A stretch of 64,000 nt of DNA from Isurus oxyrinchus. Taxonomy: Eukaryota. Both the position numbers and the translations under genes were made by a program. Under the pieces are notes generated by a model, which saw only the letters and a program-made list of their open reading frames with translations, had not been told where the DNA came from and made no database searches. Positions 24,940-64,000 of this stretch are shown here, piece by piece. The DNA is taken from assembly GCA_026770705.1 (NCBI GenBank), contig JANJGN010000017.1, positions 103,230,001 through 103,294,000 on the forward strand. The letters are read 5' to 3'. Each line of letters starts with the position of its first letter. Position 1 is the first letter of the stretch.

Positions 24940-27170
24940 GATGAAATATATCCCAAGCTATAAGAGAAGCAAGGAGGAAGTAGCATAACGCCTGACCATT
25001 TTCCAATCCTCTCTGGCGTCAGTGGTGCCAGAAGACTGTTAATATTATACCATTGTTTCAAAAGGGATGAGGGGATCAGTCACTCCAGAAAAAAAATCTC
25101 AGGGACTGGATGAATCATCATTTAGAAAAGAATGTATTCATCAAGGACAGTCAGAATGGAGGTGTTAAACAAGGGCCTGATGAACCTGATTGAATTTTTT
25201 GAGGAGCTGACAAGGAGGACTAATAAGGGTGTCCTAATTGATGTGGTATCTGTGGATTTTAGCAAGGTTTTTGACAAGGTCCCATATGGCAGACTGGTCA
25301 GAAAAGTAAATGTCCATGGGAACCAAAGCATAGTGGCAAATTGGATTCAAAATTTTTTTCATTGGCAGGAAGCAAAGGGTAATGGACAACACTGAGGGAA
25401 TGCCAATGCCACTGAGAGGCTGTTTCCAGTGGGGTGATGTGGGGCTGATTACCAGCTCCCTACTTTTCCTAGTATATATCTATGATTTAGACTTAAATGG
25501 GGACACGATTAAGAAACTTTCCAATGATACAAAAGTGGCCTGTGTGATTGGCAGTGAGGAAGAAAGCTGTACACTTGTCAGCTGGGCAGAAAAATGGCAA
25601 ATGGAATTCAATCCAGGGAAGTGTAAGGTAATGCATTTGAAAAGGACAGGTAAGGGCGTGTGTATGAGTCAGAATAGAGAGTTGCAAAGGATCTCAAAAT
25701 CAATACAAAATCTTTTTATAATTACATTAGGAAGAGGAGATGGTCAGGGACAATGTGGGCTCCTTGGAGACCATTGTCAGGTTGAATAATTATTTTCCAT
25801 CAATATTTACAGTAGAAGAATAGGTCAATATGCTGGACATCCTGAGGAAACTAATCTTGAATCAGAAACTAAGACTCACTAAAATGAACAAAAGCAAACT
25901 AACCATATTGAAGAAAATAATAGCACAAAAGAGTGATGAATCCCCAGGACCAAATAGTTTTCATACCAGGATTTTAAAGGAAGCAGGTAAGAACACTGAA
26001 GATCCCTGAGTTATAATCTTCCAAAGTTCTCTCTAATTATAATCATTCTTTCAGGTTGGAAAAATGTGTATTTCACTCTATTTTAGAAAGGTGAACGAGG
26101 AAAACCAGGGTTTTCTAGTAGACTAGTTAGCCTAACATCTGTTGACTGGAAATTACTGAAGTCTATAATCAAGGATAGGGTGACTGAACACCCTGAAAAC
26201 TTTCATCTGATCAGACAGAGCTAGTACAGGTTTGTAAATGTGAGGTCATACCTGATGAACTTGATTGAATGTTTTGAAGAGATGATTAAGGAACTGGACA
26301 GGGGCATGTCCAGTGATGCTATTTGTGTGGATGTCTACAAAGCATTTGATAATGTCCTTCACAAAAAAAACTGTCAGCTAAAGTTGAAGCCCATGGAGTT
26401 GAAGGAAAATTATTGACCTGGTCAGGAGATTGGTTCAGCATCAGGAAACAGAGAGCAGGTATAATGGGCAAATACTCTAATTGAACCTTAGCAAAACTGG
26501 AGTCAATGGGAATCGGGGAAAACTCTCCACTGGTTGGAGTCCAGTTCCAGGTCACTGGAGGAATTCCCCAGGATAGTGTCCTAGGCCCAGCATCTTCAGC
26601 TGCTTCACCAATGACCTTCCTTACATCATAAGGTCAGAAGTGGGGATATTCGCTGATGATTGCACAATGTTCAGCACTGTTCGCAAAGCCTCAGATATTG
26701 AAGCAGTCCATGCTTGGGCTGACAAGTGGCAAGTAACATTCATGCCATACAAGTGCCAGGCAAAGACATCTCCAACAAGAGAGAATCTAAACATCACCCT
26801 GACATTCAATGGTATTCCTATCACTGAATCCCCGACGATCAACATCCTGGGGGTTACCATTGACCAGAAACTGAACTGGACTGGCCACATAAGTACTGTG
26901 ACTACAAGAGCAGGTCAGAGGCTAGGAATCCTGTGGCAAGTAACTCACCTGCTGACTTCCTAAAGCCTGTCTTTCATCTACAAGGCACAAGTCAGGAATG
27001 TGATGGAATATTCTCCACTTGCCTGGGAGAGTGCAGCTCCAACAACACTCAAGAAGCTTGGCACTATCCAGAACAAAGAAGACAGCTCACCACCATCTTC
27101 TCAAGGGCAATTAGGGATGGGTAATAAATGCTGGCCTTGCCAGCGACACCCACATTCCTTTAATAAAGAA
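24940..27170 (+). mobile_element. Stack of CR1/L2-group LINE fragments between the two genes
   Basis: RT remnants DFSKVFDKVP, WQMEFN, IFADD, MMEYSPLAW in ORFs 25132..27182. Confidence 0.8.
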
Positions 27171-27374
27171 AAGCTTTGCTGAACTGTGTGTATAATCAAG
27201 CAAAATCCAAGTAAAGACTGGAGATTGTGATACAATTAACTTTCCTGCTGTGTTTGCGCTGATTTTGTTGAGTTGTAAGTGAAAGTATCAGTCTATTTTA
27301 TCATGATTATTAAATTGAACTTCAGAATGGTACAATTTGCCATGTAAGAGTTCTTGTTAGAACAGACAGCCCAA

Positions 27375-27720
27375 TGCACCCTCGTGTCTGCGTGGTCCAT
27401 CGATGCCTCTGGGTGTTGGGAGTTGACTCACGATTGCGGAGAGAGACCTGTTTTCGTGGGTAATTTGTTTATTTGTTGGACCGGGTTGAGTCGGATGGTT
27501 GGCACCGTCCTGCATTAAAAGCTGCAGAATAACCCCGGCGATCCGCACGGCGATTACAAAGCGCCGCCACCGCCTGCCCACGAATTCTCGCCGGGCTCGT
27601 GCAGGCAGGTAGCGCGCGCGCGCACGGCGCCTGAACCCGCCTTTCCCTTCCAGCCTGCGAGGAGCGCGCATTGCGGCGGCACGCCGGCCTCGACCGTGAG
27701 AATTACCCCGTCCGCTTGTG
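27375..27720 (+). promoter_or_regulatory. CpG island / putative POLM promoter
   Basis: Dense CpG including a (CG)n run near 27612-27623, 200-500 bp upstream of the ATG, in a CpG-poor background. Confidence 0.7.
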
Positions 27721-27912
27721 GAGAAAAAAGCTTCAATGCAGTTGCCTGGTGTGGTCTGTCTCTCGTCAATAACATTTCACCCTTTCAGATCCCCATAAAG
27801 CAGTAACTTCTCTGGCTTTGTGGGGCTGGTGTTGAGTTCCACGTCTGACACTGACAAGTCCAGCTTAGCTTTAAATTTGAACTGTGGCTTCATTTCTCTC
27901 CCTCAGCCAACT

Positions 27913-60606
<32,694 letters not shown>

Positions 60607-60869
60607 TGTGCTGGATTCAGGATGCAGGAGTATAGAGAATAAGCAGTGAGGACACCTTAGGGTATACCCTCTTGCAAAATGTCTATTTATGTATCATTTG
60701 ATATACAACACCAAGTGAAGGCTGGCCATTCACTGATTTTTTTTTGGTTCTGTACAACTTACATCTGTATGCGTTGTTGTAGAATTGGTAAGTTATTTGT
60801 TGATGGATTAACTATTCATTTGTTTAGCATCCTGTGAAGTTTCTATATGATGCATACATGTGGACATGT

Positions 60870-61270
60870 ATATCATTGACTCAGCTGTTGCACTTTGTCC
60901 TCTGAATCAGAAACTTGTGAGTTCATGTTGCACTTTAGAGACTTGAGCTCAAAATCTTAACTGAAGCTGAGGATGCCATTTTTTTCAGATAGACTTCAAG
61001 GTGAAGTCTGACCTGCCCCTTGAGATGAATGTAAAAGATCTCCAAGTGCAGTTCAAAAAAGAGCACGGTTGTTCTTCCTGGTCAACCTTTATACTAAATC
61101 AACATCACTGAATAAAATAAATTTATCTCATTGCTGTTTATGGAATCTTGCTGTGTGCCACATTTCCTACACTACATCAGTGACAACACCGAAAAGTACT
61201 TCATTGGCTGTAAAGCGCTTAAAAACGTCCTTAAATCACAAAAGGTGCTGTACAAATGCAAGTTCTTACT
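60870..61270 (+). mobile_element. Deu-domain-type SINE downstream of the POLM stop
   Basis: Same family as 60010-60385; contains AATAAA at 61091. Confidence 0.65.
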
Positions 61271-62514
61271 TGCGCATACAGATTTACTCTGAGCAGTCTA
61301 GTATCTATTTTTTAATTCAGAATTGTAGCATTAATTCTAGCTCAGAAAGGAAATTTTTGTCCATTTACCCTTGTTTTGCTTTTGGAAGTTTAACATTGCA
61401 GTGACAGCACTGTCACAGAACCAGCATTGTCTTGTCATGTCTGAAATGGTGCTGGAAACAGTCGATGACAACTTCAGAAAGTAAAGTGGGTAAATACTTG
61501 GTGGAAACATTTATAGGCCTATGGCAAAAGAACAGAGATTGGGACGAATCAGTTAGCTCCATCTTAAGAGCTGCCATAGGCATAATGACCTGAATGGTCT
61601 CCTGGGCTGTATTATTTGAAATGGACGTGTTGTTGACATTACTTTGATGAAACTGAGTGGTCTATGGATTCTTTAATTTGCCTTTAAGTGTTTGTTATTT
61701 TCTCTCCACTTTTTCTTTACCATTTTTCTTCTCCGTTCCTTCCAGATGGCTTCAGTTACCTCATTCTGGGAAACTTGATAGTTAGTGTAGACAGGCTATT
61801 AATTCACAGGGGCGTTACTTTGGAGCTTTATCATTGCTCATAATCTATCGAAGTGTATTTCTAGCAGAGTTTGAAGGGTCGTGATGAAGAGCAGAAACTG
61901 AGTGAATTTTTCTTCCCTCTCCCCCATTTTGCCAAAGGCACTGACCCCTAACTGTATATTCCAATTGAAGTGAAATGCATCCACCCAGAATCAAATTTGG
62001 ATAGTTTCTCTCCTTTATGGTGTTATGATTCTTATGGAGACCAACAAACTAAAAGAATCAAATTTACCGAATGACTCCAGAGAAAAGCCAATAAACAAGA
62101 TTTCATTTCTCGTAACTTTTAGTTTAGTTTGTTGATTTTTTTTGTTTGATTGTTAAACATGAATTAACAAGCAAATTGCGATCAATATAAAGTGGAAGTT
62201 AGACTTTAAGTAGCAGCTACAACAAAGATAGGTCTCACGGGTTTACTTGGAAGACCACTTATGATGGAGGCACCAATTCCAGGTACAAAGCCCTTCCGAG
62301 CTGTGAACCTCCTCCAGCGGAATTCCTGTTTCTTTTCTTTGAGGCTTAGCCACCAATTCCCAGGCAACAACAGCTTTAATCCACCTGAGTTCCAGGGGTA
62401 CAATTTTCACCAAACGGCACATTTTTACAGAACCCTCTCAGCTCTGCTCCCGGATCCAGCCGTCTTGGTCTTCTTTCCCAGCTGTGCCACAACATTTTTT
62501 GTCCAGACCTAGTC

Positions 62515-64000
62515 ACCATAAGACATAGGAGCAGAAATTAGGCCATTCGGCCCATCAAGTCTGCTCCACCATTCAATCGTGGTTGATAAGTTTTTCAACC
62601 CCATTCTCCCACCTTCTCCCCGTAACCTTTGATCCCCTTACCAATCAAGAACCTATCTATCTCAGTCTTAAATACACTCAATGACCTGGCCTCCACAGGC
62701 TTCTGTGGCAATGAATTCCATAGATTCACCACTCTCTGGCTGAAGAAGTTTCTCCTCATCTCTGTTCTAAAAGTTCTTCCCTTTACATTGAGGCTGTGCC
62801 CTCGGGTCCTAGTCTCTCCTACTAATGGAAACATCTTCCCCACATCCACTCTATCCAGGCCTTTCAGTATTCTGTAAGTTTCAATCAGATCCCCCCTCAT
62901 CCTTCTAAACTCCATCGAGTATAGACACAGTCCTCAAATGTTCCACATATGTTAAGCCTTTCATTCCTGGGATCCTTCTCGTGAACCTCCTCTGGACCCT
63001 CTCCAGGGCCAGCACATCCTTCCTGAGATACAGGGCCCAAAATTGCTCACAATATTCTAAATGTGGTCTGACCAGAGCCTTATGAAGTCTCAGCAGCACA
63101 TCCTTGCTTTTATATTCTAGTCCTTGTGAAATAAGTGCCAACATTGCATTTGCCTTCCTAACTACCTACTCAACCTGCAAGTTAACCTTAAGAGAATCCT
63201 GGACTAGGACTCCCATGTCCCTTTGCACTCCAGATTTCTGAATTCTCTCCCCATTTAGAAAATAATCTATGCCTCTATTCTTCGTACCAAAGTGCATGAC
63301 CTCACACTTGCCCACATTGTATTCCATCTGCCACTTCATTGCCCATTCTCCTAACCTGTCCAAGTCCTTCTGCACCCGCCACGCCTCCTCAATACTACCT
63401 GTCCCTCCACCTATCTTATTATCATCTGCAAACTTAGCCAGAATACCCTCAGTTCCTTCATCTAGATCATTAATGTATAAAGTGAAAAGTTGTGGTCCCA
63501 ACACTGACCCCTGCGGAACTCCACTAGTCACCGATCGCCATCCTGAGAAGGACCCCCTCATCTGCACACTCTGCCTCCTGCCAGACAGCCAATCTTCTAT
63601 CCATGCTAGTACCTTGCCTCTAACACTATGGGTTCTTATCTTACTGAGCAGCCTCCTGTGTGGCACCTTGTCAAAGGCCATCTAGAAGTCCAAGTAGATA
63701 ACATCCATTGGCTCTCCTTTGTCTAACCTACTCGTTGTTACCTCAAAGAATTCTAACAGATTTGTCAGGCATGACCTTCCCTTGATGAAACCTTGCTGAC
63801 TTTGCCCTATTTTATCATGCACTTCCAAGTATTCTGAAATCTCATCCTTAATAATGGACTCTAAAATCTTAATTAGGCTAATCGGTCTGTAATTTCCTAT
63901 CTTTTGCCTCACTCCCTTCTTAAACAAGGGAGTTACATTAGCGATTTTCCAGTCCTCTGGGACCCTCCCTGACTCCAGTGATTCCTGAAAGATCACCACT
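62515..64000 (-). mobile_element. CR1 LINE, young, same subfamily as 5-2428; continues past window end
   Basis: Nearly collinear with positions 10-1503; RT motifs AFDKVPH, GVPQGSVLGP, KFADD. Confidence 0.93.

Noticed and set aside
27357-27775. Arg/Ala-rich minus-strand ORFs
   Set aside because: By-product of the CpG island; no recognisable domain.
27820-27912. N-terminal extension of POLM from the ORF track
   Set aside because: Starts at GTG; ATG 27913 has a good context and matches the family N-terminus.

Overview
Vertebrate genomic DNA, most likely a shark or other elasmobranch (inferred from the repeat families). Two intron-containing genes lie head-to-head. On the minus strand are coding exons 1-7 (23053 down to 6524) of an N-acetylglucosamine-6-sulfatase (GNS-like) gene; the remaining exons were not found and probably lie left of the window. 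On the plus strand is a complete 11-exon X-family DNA polymerase of the Pol mu/TdT subgroup (27913-60606, 524 aa after manual splicing, all introns GT-AG), best called POLM. It combines Pol mu-type 5'-phosphate-binding motifs with a TdT-type SD1 motif and a much enlarged loop 2. The rest is mostly retroelements: CR1/L2 LINEs, Deu-domain-type SINEs, several Penelope-like elements carrying minimal hammerhead ribozyme motifs, a decayed Gmr1-order (PR-INT-RT-RH) Ty3/gypsy element and nested solo LTRs. The most notable unexplained structures are a young ~250-bp inverted duplication bracketing the catalytic (GHDVD) exon of the polymerase, a nested inverted solo-LTR hairpin in its last intron, and a templated copy of the GNS promoter whose CpG decay shows the direction of copying. 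All comparisons were made by eye from recalled sequences; no searches were run.
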